Origin: Candidatus Bathyarchaeia archaeon
GTDB lineage: Archaea; Thermoproteota; Bathyarchaeia; Bathyarchaeales; Bathycorpusculaceae
Reading direction: 5' to 3'
NCBI GenBank assembly: GCA_036514855.1
Contig: DATBWI010000084.1
Location: 1 to 60,828 of the forward strand
DNA: 60,828 nt
This document shows positions 29,151 to 38,198 of the stretch, piece after piece (within the stretch, counting starts at the first letter, position 1; the number at the start of each line of letters is the position of its first letter). The notes beneath the pieces are model-generated. The model had not been told where the DNA came from. It searched no databases and worked only from the letters and a program-made list of their open reading frames with translations. The translations under genes and the position numbers were made by a program.

Positions 29151-30140
29151 ATGAGAGTGGCAAAATGGATTCTAATGATGCTGTTGTTGTTAGCTTTACT
29201 CGTTGAAGTTGATAAGGGATCGGTCAAGGCAGCCGAACTCACAATATACATACGAGGTGACGGCTCTATCGACCCGCCGAATGTTCCGATTCAGCGCGAT
29301 GGAGAGGCATATCTTTTTCTTGCCGACATTATGGGTTCGATCAGGGTGGAGAGATGTAACGTAACAATAGATGGAAACGGACACATGCTCCAAGCTGGAG
29401 GCATGCAAAAAGGTGGAATTGTGATAAGGGCAGGGTATCTTCAAGGGTATGGAGTGAAAATAGTAAATCTTAGTGTTGTAGGATTTGAATATGGCATTTG
29501 GCTAGGGTCAGGTCAACACTGCACTATTAGCGGCAACAACATAACAAACAATGGACATGGCATTACGCTATACTTTATTGGCGACCTTTGGCCTGAATCA
29601 GGATCTTGGTTCAACATTATCAAAGACAACAACATAACCAATAATTTCATTGGCGTGGAAATAGCCTTAAGCAGCAGAAACATGATTTATCATAATAATT
29701 TTGTGAATAACACCGTGCAAGTTCTCTATACGCATTTCGGCGTAGGACCGAGCCCCAACACGTGGGATAATGGATATCCTTCAGGGGGCAATTATTGGAG
29801 CAATTACAACGCTACAGATATCTCTTCTGGTTCAAATCAAGACCCGCCCGGAAGCGATGGAATAGCAGACCAGCCATTCACCATTATTAACCAAGATGAA
29901 AACCTTTACCAAGACCTTTACCCACTCACGACCCCTTGGGTTGATCCTCCACCCCTACTAGGCGATGTTAACGCTGACGGGGAAGTGGACATCCTAGACA
30001 TAACTGTTATCGCCAAAGCCTTTGGCTCTTCAAATACTAGTCAAGGCTACAGCCGAGAATACGATCTAAACGAGGATGGCTTCATAGACATCATAGACAT
30101 AACCATAGCAGCCAACCAGTTCGGAAAAAAATACTATTAA
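29151..30140 (+). CDS. right-handed beta-helix (NosD/PbH1-like) repeat protein with C-terminal dockerin
   Basis: The start is taken at MRVAKWILMMLLLLALL (signal peptide). Repeated NNITNN / GxxL beta-helix rungs follow. The C-terminal GDVNADGEVDILDITVIAKAF...YDLNEDGFIDIIDITIAANQFG forms two dockerin Ca-binding repeats. Confidence 0.75.
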   Translation: MRVAKWILMMLLLLALLVEVDKGSVKAAELTIYIRGDGSIDPPNVPIQRDGEAYLFLADIMGSIRVERCNVTIDGNGHMLQAGGMQKGGIVIRAGYLQGYGVKIVNLSVVGFEYGIWLGSGQHCTISGNNITNNGHGITLYFIGDLWPESGSWFNIIKDNNITNNFIGVEIALSSRNMIYHNNFVNNTVQVLYTHFGVGPSPNTWDNGYPSGGNYWSNYNATDISSGSNQDPPGSDGIADQPFTIINQDENLYQDLYPLTTPWVDPPPLLGDVNADGEVDILDITVIAKAFGSSNTSQGYSREYDLNEDGFIDIIDITIAANQFGKKYY

Positions 30141-30344
30141 AGACACAAGAATAAGCTTCATCCCCAGAAATCAAACAATGGCTATGCTCTGGCTTTGGAA
30201 CAAGCTTTCTGCGCTCTGAACCAAGCTTTTTAGATCAATGGTCATTTATGCACAAACTAGCAAATCGCCACTGTAACTTACTTATAGAGTATTTTGTCAA
30301 ACTCTTTAAATTCTCATTTTACAATCTTTGCATAGGGCGATTTC

Positions 30345-31496
30345 ATGGCTATCCTCATTTGTGGTATGGATGGTTACATAGGTTGGAGCCTTGCACTGCG
30401 ATTAGCAATGACCACGCAAGACAAGATAGTAGGGGTTGATAACCTTGGTAGGAGAAAATGGGTTAAGGATGTTGGCTCATGGAGTGCCATTCCCATTCCC
30501 TCGATGGAGAGGCGACTAAAGATTCTCGGTGCGGAGGCTCCTGATTTCGTCTACGGCGACTTGAAAAACTTTGACTTTATCCGCAAAGTTTTCACCAAGT
30601 ACAAACCGCACACTGTCGTTCATTTGGCTGAGCAACCCTCTGCTCCTTACTCGATGATTGATCCTAAACATGCCGCCTTTACACAGTCTAACAACATTGT
30701 AGGCACGCTTAACTTGCTTTATGCAATGCATCAAGTTGTTCCCGATTGCCATTTGGTAAAGATGGGCACCATAGGCGAGTATGGGCGACCAAAGGTTGAG
30801 ATTCCCGAAGGCTTTTTCGAAATAGAATACCGCGGGAAAAAAGATGTTCTGCCTTTTCCTAGAGTGGGCGATGATTGGTACCATTGCAGCAAAATTCACG
30901 ACTCGCAAAACATCATGTTTGCCTGTTCTGCTTGGAACCTGAGATCTACTGATATTATGCAAGGCATCGTTTACGGGACAAGGGTTGAGGAGATGAGAAA
31001 GCCGGAACTGCTGACTAGGTTTGATTTTGACGCTGTTTTTGGCACAGTGTTAAACAGGTTCTGCGCTCAAGCTGTTGCGGGGCATCCTTTGACAGTGTAT
31101 GGTAATGGTGATCACATAAGCTCTTTCATTTCTCTGAGAGACACGGTTAGATGTTTGCAGTTGATCATAGAAAACCCGCCTGCAAAAGGCGAATATCGCG
31201 TGCTGAACCAGATTGAACAGCTTATCACGCTAAACGAGTTAGCTACCAGAGTGACTAAGACCGCTGCCAAATTTGGGATCAGTTCATCAGTGCAGCACAT
31301 CGAAAGTCCAAGAGTTGACATAGGTGAACGCGATTACTATGCAGTAGACCATGCGAAGCTTAAAGCGCTTGGTTTCAAACCAAAACATTCTATGGAGCAG
31401 GAACTCGAATTAACTTTAAAAGACCTCATCACATGCAAAGCCAGAATTCTAGCGAAGAAAATGCACATAATGCCCAAAATTTCTTGGAAAGCATAG
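30345..31496 (+). CDS. sqdB: UDP-sulfoquinovose synthase (SQD1/SqdB/Agl3 family)
   Basis: 383 aa, colinear with plant SQD1 as I recall it. Matches include GMDGYIGW, VDNLGRR, EQPSAPYSMID, NNIVGTLN, HLVKMGTIGEYG, YHCSKIHDS, DAVFGTVLNRFCAQAVAGHPLTVYG and a C-terminal MPKISWK. Confidence 0.9.
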   Translation: MAILICGMDGYIGWSLALRLAMTTQDKIVGVDNLGRRKWVKDVGSWSAIPIPSMERRLKILGAEAPDFVYGDLKNFDFIRKVFTKYKPHTVVHLAEQPSAPYSMIDPKHAAFTQSNNIVGTLNLLYAMHQVVPDCHLVKMGTIGEYGRPKVEIPEGFFEIEYRGKKDVLPFPRVGDDWYHCSKIHDSQNIMFACSAWNLRSTDIMQGIVYGTRVEEMRKPELLTRFDFDAVFGTVLNRFCAQAVAGHPLTVYGNGDHISSFISLRDTVRCLQLIIENPPAKGEYRVLNQIEQLITLNELATRVTKTAAKFGISSSVQHIESPRVDIGERDYYAVDHAKLKALGFKPKHSMEQELELTLKDLITCKARILAKKMHIMPKISWKA

Positions 31497-31527
31497 AACT
31501 TATTAGTTCACCGCAGACTCTAAGCAT

Positions 31528-32712
31528 TTGGTGTCGCTATTGCCCTCCGAAGCAGCAATTGCAAAGCTCAGAGAGGATTTTCCAGTATTCAGCAAGAAAA
31601 CCTATCTTGACAACGCCGGCATAGGCGCCTGTTGCAAACAAGTATACAATGCGGTTCTAGATTACTCGCGAGACTACGTTAACAATCGACTTGGCATCAG
31701 TGGAGACTTGGAGAAGTGGACAGAAAAGATTACGGACACGAAAAAGCAATTTGCAAGATTGATAGGAGCTAGTGACGAGGAAATTTTCTTCGCGCCAACC
31801 ACGACAACGGCGCTTAACATTGTTGCTCACATGTTAAACTACAAGCGCGACAGCAACGTCGTTACGAATGACATGGAGTATTTCTCAAACGTTATAGTGT
31901 GGTTAAGGCAAAGGGCAAAAGGCGTGAAAGTGAAAATTGCGCATAACAAAGACATGGAATTAAGCGCTGAGACTTTCCACAATCTAGTTGACAATAACAC
32001 TGCAGCCTTGCCTGTGGGGCAAGTTGGATGGTTTAACGGGTTCAAACATGACCTGTCCCTCTTAAGCGAGATAGCACATGAGAAAGGAGCTTACCTAGTT
32101 GTTGATGGCATTCAATCTGTTGGCGGAATGAAGATAGACGTCAAGAAAGAAGGAATAGATTTCTTGGCAGCCGGAACATACAAGTGGCTGCTAGGTCCCG
32201 GCGGAGCTGCCTTCCTATACATTAGAAGACAATTGGCTGAAGAGTCTACGCCATTCTTCATATATGGGCAGACTTTGAGGAAAGAAACTCTTGAAAGAAA
32301 CCTTTACGACAAGTTCGACATGTATGACCTCGCGTATGGCGACTCAGCAAAGAGACATGACATGGTCGTTTTTAACCGCGCCGCCTACGTAGGTAGCTGG
32401 TTCTCAATGAATCTCATTCTTGAATATGGAATCGAAAACGTGGAGAACAGGATTCGTGGACTGGTTGAGTATCTGATCGAGAAGCTTTTGAGTCTTGGGT
32501 TTAGACTGCAAACGCCTCTGTCTGCGGAAAAAAGGTTTGGAATTGTCAACTTTAAGGTGAAAGACAATAGGACAGCAGCCAAGAAGCTTGAAGAAGCGGG
32601 TGTTATTGTTGCAGCTAGGGTTGGGGGGCTGAGGGTTTCTCCGCACTTTTTTAACACGAAATCAGACATTGACATTCTCGTTGAAAAGGTTCAAAAACTT
32701 GGGATTAAGTAA
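31528..32712 (+). CDS. aminotransferase class V-fold PLP enzyme (cysteine desulfurase/desulfinase-like)
   Basis: 394 aa. YLDNAGIG, the GTYKWLLGPGG lysine motif, and its position 31 nt downstream of sqdB. Confidence 0.75.
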   Translation: MVSLLPSEAAIAKLREDFPVFSKKTYLDNAGIGACCKQVYNAVLDYSRDYVNNRLGISGDLEKWTEKITDTKKQFARLIGASDEEIFFAPTTTTALNIVAHMLNYKRDSNVVTNDMEYFSNVIVWLRQRAKGVKVKIAHNKDMELSAETFHNLVDNNTAALPVGQVGWFNGFKHDLSLLSEIAHEKGAYLVVDGIQSVGGMKIDVKKEGIDFLAAGTYKWLLGPGGAAFLYIRRQLAEESTPFFIYGQTLRKETLERNLYDKFDMYDLAYGDSAKRHDMVVFNRAAYVGSWFSMNLILEYGIENVENRIRGLVEYLIEKLLSLGFRLQTPLSAEKRFGIVNFKVKDNRTAAKKLEEAGVIVAARVGGLRVSPHFFNTKSDIDILVEKVQKLGIK

Positions 32713-32722
32713 GGTTTCTCAC

Positions 32723-34150
32723 TCAGTACGAGGCATCCTGCGTCGGATTCATTGCCTTTTCAGTTTGTTTGCGGCGCATATGTATTGTCCACGCTTTCAC
32801 CCGTTTGTAAGCGTCTTCGAGCGCCTGCGAACGTGTGAGTCTCGGTTCTGAACATATCTTTTTGACTGCTGCAACAACATATTCCATTTCTTCCATCGTA
32901 TTGTAGAAGTATGGGCTTATTCTGCAGCTTGCCGGAGGCTTAATTCCCAGATAGTGATGGGCTAATGTTGCACAGTGGCACCCTGCTCTAGACTCTATTT
33001 TCTTCTTGTCTAGCTGTCTTGCCACATCCATTGGGTTCTGTCCGGCGATATTGAACGCGACAACTGAGGTTCTTCTGGAGGCATCCTTCGGTCCGTAAAC
33101 CGTCACGCCTTGGATAGACGCCAGTTCATCAATAAGGTACTGCGTAAGACTGCGTTCATATTCTTGTATTGATTCCATTGCTTTTCGCGTGTGTTCTGTG
33201 TCTGAAGGGTTGGCATACGAATCTCCAAGAACAAGATCAGCTATTAGTCTAGTTGCTTCTCCGGCTAGTATGGTGCCGATTATGTTAGGTGTGCCTGCTG
33301 TAAATCTCCAGGGCAGTTCGTTGTATTCGACTCTTTCAGGCGCTACTTTTCCTTCAGCGATCATGTCGCCGCCGTACTGAAACGGGCGCAGTGTTTCCAA
33401 AATCTGGTCTCTGACGTAGAGTCCTCCAACGGCAACTGGGGCAAGCATTTTGTGAAATGACCATGCAAGAAAGTCCACATCCATTTTTTCCACATCAACT
33501 GGAGCGTGTGGAACAAGCTGTGCTCCATCAACTAGAACGTAAGAACCGCACAAACCGTTCGGATGCAGGTATCCACTTTGTTTTCCAACGTTCACTATTT
33601 TGTCTATAGGCGGTTTTGTTCCCAAGAAGTTGGAGGCTCCTGTACAGCAGATGATTTTTGTTCTTCTGTCAACCTTTTTTTCTAAATCTTCTAGGTTTAA
33701 TTCTCCGCTTTCTTTGTCAAATTCAACAAGCCTACATTCAATGTTGATTCCGAATTTCGGAGCTATTTCATGGGATAACGCGTACCATGGAACATAGTTC
33801 GAGTTGTGCTCCATGTACGTGGTAACTACGTTGTCTCCGTTTTTGAACTCCGTCATGAGGGAGTACATTATGGCGTTTATGGCTTCTGTAGTTCCTCGGT
33901 AGAGTAACACGTTTCTCCAGTTTCTTGCTCCGACGAAAAAGGCTATTCTCTTGTAGGCTTCTTCGAATCTTTCTGTTGTCCAATTCGACGCGGTAGATTG
34001 TCCTCTGTGGACGTTATCGTACTGCAAATACAGTTCGCTGGCTAAATCTAGCAGTTCTTGAGGAATTTGCGTGGTTGCAGCGTTATTTGTGCATATCCTC
34101 TTGGCTTTGGTGATTGATGGAAAGTGCTGTCTAATTCTGTCAGTTTGCAT
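32723..34150 (-). CDS. SufS/CsdA-like cysteine desulfurase (class V) with C-terminal extension
   Basis: 475 aa with NNAATTQ, WSFHKMLAP (PLP Lys) and RAGCHCA (catalytic Cys loop). It is convergent with the previous gene. Confidence 0.8.
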   Translation of the reverse strand: MQTDRIRQHFPSITKAKRICTNNAATTQIPQELLDLASELYLQYDNVHRGQSTASNWTTERFEEAYKRIAFFVGARNWRNVLLYRGTTEAINAIMYSLMTEFKNGDNVVTTYMEHNSNYVPWYALSHEIAPKFGINIECRLVEFDKESGELNLEDLEKKVDRRTKIICCTGASNFLGTKPPIDKIVNVGKQSGYLHPNGLCGSYVLVDGAQLVPHAPVDVEKMDVDFLAWSFHKMLAPVAVGGLYVRDQILETLRPFQYGGDMIAEGKVAPERVEYNELPWRFTAGTPNIIGTILAGEATRLIADLVLGDSYANPSDTEHTRKAMESIQEYERSLTQYLIDELASIQGVTVYGPKDASRRTSVVAFNIAGQNPMDVARQLDKKKIESRAGCHCATLAHHYLGIKPPASCRISPYFYNTMEEMEYVVAAVKKICSEPRLTRSQALEDAYKRVKAWTIHMRRKQTEKAMNPTQDASY

Positions 34151-34542
34151 TTCTGTTTAGCCTTTCTCCCTTTTCTTAATTAGGGGGTTAGGGGGTTTTT
34201 AAATCTAGTTCCGATTCTGAATGAACTTCTAGTGGTAGTGGGTATGGACTTAAGAGAATTCCTCATTTCGAAGCTGATATTGCACAACCGTCAGAGACAA
34301 AGATAAACCCGCTATTTTTATTTAAATTAAAGGGAACTTCTTGACTGCAAAGTAGGAAAAGTCTCAGTGGTCTATCAACTCAAATATAACAACGAGAAGG
34401 TACAAGGTTTAATGGCTCTTCGAAATGCGTTAAAGAAAAATAGCAAATAACACTTCACGCTATGCTCTTTCACGGTAAAAGCCTGCGATCGACATATCTA
34501 TGGCTATCTCCAAAATATCATAAAGACAACAGGTGACTTGCA

Positions 34543-34833
34543 TTGAAGGTGAACGTCGAATATTTGGGCCACATCCGTGAAATCATTGACGCTGACCGAG
34601 AAGAAGAGGTTAGAATAAACGAAAAAGCCACAGTCGCCGACTTGCTGATGGTTCTTTCGGAAAAGCATGGCGAACCCTTCGAGAAGGCTATTTATCAACG
34701 CGGCTGCGAAGACGTGAAATCAAACTACATTATCACCGTGAATGGCTATTTGCTCAACCAATTAAACGGTATCAAGACCAAGCTTAAGGACGGCGACAAA
34801 ATAGCTTTGCTGCCAATTGTGAGCGGCGGCTAA
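34543..34833 (+). CDS. MoaD/ThiS-family ubiquitin-like small protein (SAMP-like), C-terminal GG
   Basis: 96 aa ending ...KDGDKIALLPIVSGG. The start is a TTG 6 nt after AGGTGA. Confidence 0.8.
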   Translation: MKVNVEYLGHIREIIDADREEEVRINEKATVADLLMVLSEKHGEPFEKAIYQRGCEDVKSNYIITVNGYLLNQLNGIKTKLKDGDKIALLPIVSGG

Positions 34834-36032
34834 ACTTCAAAAGGCACATCCATTTTTGTCAGCTTGTCACATCCCGTTTTTGTGACTTCAACAATGTCTT
34901 CTATTCGCACTCCGCCTACCTTCGGATCGTATAGTCCCGGCTCAACCGTGACGACATTGTGCTCTTCCAAAGCATGCTTATGGAATTCACTCATTCCGGG
35001 TCCTTCGTGAACCTCTAGACCGACTCCGTGCCCTAAACTGTGCAGATATCCCTTGTCAATTTTCTTGTCGCCGCGTATAGTTTGATAGCCCGCTTTTTCG
35101 AAAATGTCATAGCACATGTTTTGCATGGCGTTTCCCGGAACACCCGCCTTTATTGCGTCCAAAGCTGCGTTTTGCACTTGCAGGACAGTTTCAAACATTT
35201 CCCTAAAAGCCTTAGATGCTCTCCCCTTGGCTATTGTCCGTGTCATGTCGGTGAAGTACCTGTTTCTGACGCCTTTCGGAAAAACATCCAGAACAATGGG
35301 TTGGTTTGCTTTCAGCACATCTTTTGGATCACCGGAATAATGAGGATCTGCACTTTTGGGTCCGCATGCGATCATCGTTTCTTCTTCTGTTACACAACCG
35401 TTGTCGACAAAGACATGTTCAAACACTGATCGCACTTTATGCACGGTTAGAGGCTTTTTTTCGCCATTTTCTCGATAAAAGAGCGTTCCCTTAGCGTCAG
35501 CCTCAGCGTTCGAGATGAGTTCAATGGCTTTTGACATGGCTTTTTCAACGGTTCTCTGAACAGACACAATAGCTTCAGTCTCATCGGGTTCTTTTGTCTC
35601 TCGAGCCTTTTCCACTACATCGAACATGGGCTTTATCTTTAACCCTTCATTCCTCAAAATATCAGCTAGAGCCACCGAAAGGTTGGGCGGAACGTAGATG
35701 GGCTTATCTGTTCCAAGTTCCTTCTTGGCTACGGCAGCCACAAACTTCAATCCCCCCACTCTTAGATTCGGTGCCGATTTGACAATACGCGCAAAGTCAT
35801 AGTCTGAAAAAGAACGTACATCCTTGACGCGGGATTCTTTTTTTGCCCGAGATGCTTCCATCTGACTAACGACCATTACTGGTTCCTTGTCAATTTCTTT
35901 AAGAAATATGAACGGGTCAGGAGCCAAAAACCCTGTGAGGTAGTGCATGTTGGCGTTTTTAAAGCTGTCCGAATAGAGTAGCATGGCATCAATGCCTTTT
36001 TCAGTCAAAATCCTGTCAACATCTTTTCTCAT
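34830..36032 (-). CDS. M24 family Xaa-Pro peptidase
   Basis: 400 aa with the HSLGHGVGLEVHEGP motif and downstream VTVEPG / RIED metal ligands. Confidence 0.85.
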   Translation of the reverse strand: MRKDVDRILTEKGIDAMLLYSDSFKNANMHYLTGFLAPDPFIFLKEIDKEPVMVVSQMEASRAKKESRVKDVRSFSDYDFARIVKSAPNLRVGGLKFVAAVAKKELGTDKPIYVPPNLSVALADILRNEGLKIKPMFDVVEKARETKEPDETEAIVSVQRTVEKAMSKAIELISNAEADAKGTLFYRENGEKKPLTVHKVRSVFEHVFVDNGCVTEEETMIACGPKSADPHYSGDPKDVLKANQPIVLDVFPKGVRNRYFTDMTRTIAKGRASKAFREMFETVLQVQNAALDAIKAGVPGNAMQNMCYDIFEKAGYQTIRGDKKIDKGYLHSLGHGVGLEVHEGPGMSEFHKHALEEHNVVTVEPGLYDPKVGGVRIEDIVEVTKTGCDKLTKMDVPFEV

Positions 36033-36044
36033 GCTGTTCCACGC

Positions 36045-36941
36045 TCAAACGAGTTTTCCCTTTGCAACCATTATGACTTTTCCGCCAACAAAAACATCTA
36101 TTTTACTCACTCTTTCTTCTGCCCGCAATAGAAGCAGCGACGGCCTTCCAATCTCATAGCCCTGTTCAACGCGGACATCAATTTTCTCTTTTCCAAAATA
36201 GCGATATTTAATCAAGTATCCTGCTAGGCATCCATTTGCACTTCCTGAAGCTGCATCCTCGGGCACAGTATAACCGAAGAGTCGTGCACTCAGGTTGTTC
36301 CTTTTGCTACGGGGTTCTGGGCAGAAAATAAGTATCGCCTTAGCTTCAGTGTTTTCGATTAAACGCAAGTATTTTTGCCTATCTATTCTCGCTCGCTTAA
36401 GGGCGTCGAGGTTTTTAAGTGGAACTATGATGAAGGGGACTCCTGTTGAGACTTCTTGAACTGGAAATCTCTTGTCTATGTCTTCAGCATTTAGGCTTAG
36501 AACTGAGATTGTTTTCGTGTCGAATGTTTCGCCAAAACTTGGTGGCAACTGTTTCATAAATAACGTCTCGTCATTCTTCTTCGCGTAAGTGAATTTGACT
36601 GGGATTTGTCCGACCTTCAAGTTCAAAACTACCTTGTCAATGTGTTTCTTGATGATCTCTCTTTGTATTACGTAAGCAGTTCCAAGCGTCGGATGCCCGG
36701 AGAATGGCAACTCTCTTCCCGGCGTAAAGATTCTGACATCATATCCGCCAGCGCGTTTTTCATCTGACAATATGAATGTTGTTTCTGAGAAATGCATTTC
36801 CTTAGCAATCTTTTGCATTTCAACATCAGATAATGCTTTAGCGTCTCTAACAACTGCAAGTTGATTGCCAGCGTATTTTTCTTCAGCGAAAACATCTACA
36901 ATGTAGAAAGTCAGGCTCTTCAAACTCATTGCCTCAAACAC
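36045..36941 (-). CDS. PhzF family isomerase
   Basis: 298 aa. FYIVDVFAEEKYAGNQLAVV and the later GHPTLG are PhzF hallmarks. Confidence 0.85.
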   Translation of the reverse strand: MFEAMSLKSLTFYIVDVFAEEKYAGNQLAVVRDAKALSDVEMQKIAKEMHFSETTFILSDEKRAGGYDVRIFTPGRELPFSGHPTLGTAYVIQREIIKKHIDKVVLNLKVGQIPVKFTYAKKNDETLFMKQLPPSFGETFDTKTISVLSLNAEDIDKRFPVQEVSTGVPFIIVPLKNLDALKRARIDRQKYLRLIENTEAKAILIFCPEPRSKRNNLSARLFGYTVPEDAASGSANGCLAGYLIKYRYFGKEKIDVRVEQGYEIGRPSLLLLRAEERVSKIDVFVGGKVIMVAKGKLV

Positions 36942-37117
36942 TGTCAGTAATCGATGGTTAGCCTCCGTTGCAAGTATGATGCTTCACACCATTTAAGACT
37001 TAAGAAGCCTACAGCGAATGTTGTCTCTTGACTCCTATTTGGCAAAGGGCAGTCGCTCAACTTTGGGTTAGTTTAAATAAGGTGTGGGGAACAAAGGCAT
37101 ATGAAGGTGAATGCTGT

Positions 37118-37675
37118 TTGGTCAACCAAGCAGTAATAGTGCTTGACATGCTTAATGACTTCGTAACTGGAGACTTGAAATGTGAAAGAGCCAAGCACAT
37201 AATACCTAATCTGAAAAAACTCGTTGAAGCAGCGCGCAAAAAAGGCGTTCCCGTCATCTACAGCAACGATGCACACTATCCTGTAGATGAAGAGGTTGTT
37301 GAAAGATGGGGAAAACACGCAATCAAGGGCACAAAAGGAGCGGAAGTAATCCCAGAACTGAAGCCAACCGCAAAAGACTACGTGCTTGAAAAACGGGCGT
37401 ACAGTGGCTTCTTTGAAACTGGTTTAGACCCGCTCCTGAGAAGCCTGTACCGAGGCGAAGGAGTCAAGGAAGTCATACTTGTCGGATTGCACACAAACAT
37501 TTGCGTTAGGCATACAGCTGCAGATGCTTTCTTCCGAGGATACAAAATAACCGTAGCTAAAGACGGTGTTGAAGCTTTCACGCAAGAAGACCACGAGCAG
37601 GGTTTGAAGTATTTGGAAAATATTTACAGTGCCAAAATACTGCCGGTTGACAAAATCATAAAACAATTCGGCTGA
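37118..37675 (+). CDS. isochorismatase-family cysteine hydrolase (nicotinamidase-like)
   Basis: The ORF opens at 37028. The family core begins at VNQAVIVLDMLNDF, so I use the TTG at 37118, preceded by AAGGTGA. The D/K/C triad context is LDMLNDF, EKRAYSGF, HTNICV. Confidence 0.8.
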   Translation: MVNQAVIVLDMLNDFVTGDLKCERAKHIIPNLKKLVEAARKKGVPVIYSNDAHYPVDEEVVERWGKHAIKGTKGAEVIPELKPTAKDYVLEKRAYSGFFETGLDPLLRSLYRGEGVKEVILVGLHTNICVRHTAADAFFRGYKITVAKDGVEAFTQEDHEQGLKYLENIYSAKILPVDKIIKQFG

Positions 37676-37833
37676 GACGCTGTACGAAAAAGCAAGTGCA
37701 GGCAAGAGAATAATTCTCAAAAGCGATGAATCATAACCCGTATTTTTAGGCTTCTTGTAGCGTTTCCTTGGTTCCCATTTAGAATTTAAAGAAAAGTTTA
37801 AAAGCGACATACGCATGCGTTACTGAGAATGAA

Positions 37834-37901
37834 TGAGGAGAATGGCAAAAATAGTTTTCCCTTCTCTCCTTTCTCCGTCGTAAACGGAACCATTCTCCTC
37901 A
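37834..37901. repeat. 12-bp perfect inverted repeat with 44-nt loop
   Basis: TGAGGAGAATGG (37834-37845) pairs with CCATTCTCCTCA (37890-37901). The loop contains a second small hairpin, CCGT-cgtaa-ACGG. Confidence 0.7.
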
Positions 37902-38032
37902 CGAATTCTAATGCACTCTAGCCACTTATAGCTTATGGAAGAATCTTCTATTCCTTCAAAAATGTCTAGATTGGTTTCCTAGCAATCCGAACAGCAGGGC
38001 ATTAGCATTCAAGGTATGCAAACTTGATAAAT

Positions 38033-38129
38033 TGGTGGGCCCGGGGAGATTCGGACTCCCGACCAACAGGTTTCTCAGCATTTTAGCGTTTATGAGCCTG
38101 GCGCTCTAACCTAGCTGAGCTACGGGCCC
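38033..38129 (-). tRNA. tRNA with CAU anticodon (elongator Met or Ile2) carrying a ~19-nt intron; CCA encoded
   Basis: Hand-folded as GGGCCCG-TA-GCTC-AGCTAGGTTA-GAGC-G-CCAGG-CTCATAA-[ACGCTAAAATGCTGAGAAA]-CCTGT-TGGTC-GGGAG-TCCGAAT-CTCCC-CGGGCCC-A-CCA. G1-C72 argues against an initiator. Confidence 0.85.
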
Positions 38130-38198
38130 TCTCTTATCGGCTTGTGCCTGTTTAGTATGCTGTTTCGGATTTGATTTAAACGTTTTCCGCATTTTAAA

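Noticed and set aside
34180-34195. TTAGGGGG TTAGGGGG tandem (telomere/G-quadruplex-like) in the 5' region of the SufS-like gene
   Set aside because: There are only two units, too few G-runs for a quadruplex. It is probably part of the promoter/5' UTR, and it only loosely resembles the TATA+GGGGGCT motif.
37424-37816. 130-aa minus-strand ORF
   Set aside because: Its larger part is antisense to the 3' end of the isochorismatase-family gene. It has no motif and no SD.
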